The position numbers and the translations under genes are program-made. A model generated the notes under the pieces. The model was not told where the DNA came from. It searched no databases and saw only the letters and a program-made list of their open reading frames with translations. A DNA stretch of 62,599 bases, the filler included, from Kipferlia bialata (Eukaryota), in assembly GCA_003568945.1 (NCBI GenBank). It is 5 parts of 5 records of this genome, joined end to end, with 100 filler letters (N's around TTAATTAATTAA, not from the genome) between each part and the next. Parts side by side here need not be neighbours in the genome. Positions count along the whole stretch, not along the records: positions 55,527 to 62,599 come from BDIP01000941.1; 4 more parts are not named here. One strand, 5' to 3'. Below, piece by piece: positions 62,451-62,599 of the stretch (within the stretch, counting starts at the first letter, position 1; each line of letters starts with the position of its first letter).

Positions 62451-62532
62451 ACTAGGTTGGAGGAGGGGGACTCAACAGGGGACAGGGCACGGGCCTGGAA
62501 TAGGATAGGAGGGAGTTCATATATATAAATAA

Positions 62533-62576
<44 letters not shown>

Positions 62577-62599
62577 TGAGAAAGGGTGACTCAACAGGA

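Noticed and set aside
1..62599. Hexamitid-type alternative genetic code (TAA/TAG = Gln)
   Set aside because: Conserved genes end at their expected C-termini with TAA (eRF3) and TAG (NSA2)

Overview
Eukaryotic, very intron-rich protist genomic DNA in the standard genetic code. The short introns full of (GA)n/(TA)n/poly-C tracts, the CT[C/G/A]AC-CCCAG acceptors and the anaerobe-type genes suggest a fornicate/metamonad such as Kipferlia; this is inference. The window is not one locus. It is five unrelated contigs, four about 13.8 kb and the last cut off, sorted by size and joined by artificial N44-TTAATTAATTAA-N44 linkers. Manual splicing gives: a RUN + Rubicon-homology protein, eRF3 (3' part), a SCY1/SCYL2 pseudokinase, a bacterial-type alpha/beta hydrolase, a prokaryote-type Fe-ADH with a GC-AG intron, a discoidin-domain protein, a DMT/SLC35 transporter, a degenerate ABCG half-transporter, a channel-type CLC, TSR1, NSA2, UTP14 (truncated) and several hypothetical proteins. 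Two highlights. (1) A three-exon SelW/Rdx-family selenoprotein that the ORF track misses, with in-frame UGA in a CxxU motif and a type II SECIS hairpin in its 3' UTR (18557-19156, minus strand). (2) A recurring 'splice-junction echo' architecture: introns carry 1-4 copies of the neighbouring exon end plus its splice site, often differing at synonymous positions. This may be intron or microexon birth by duplication.
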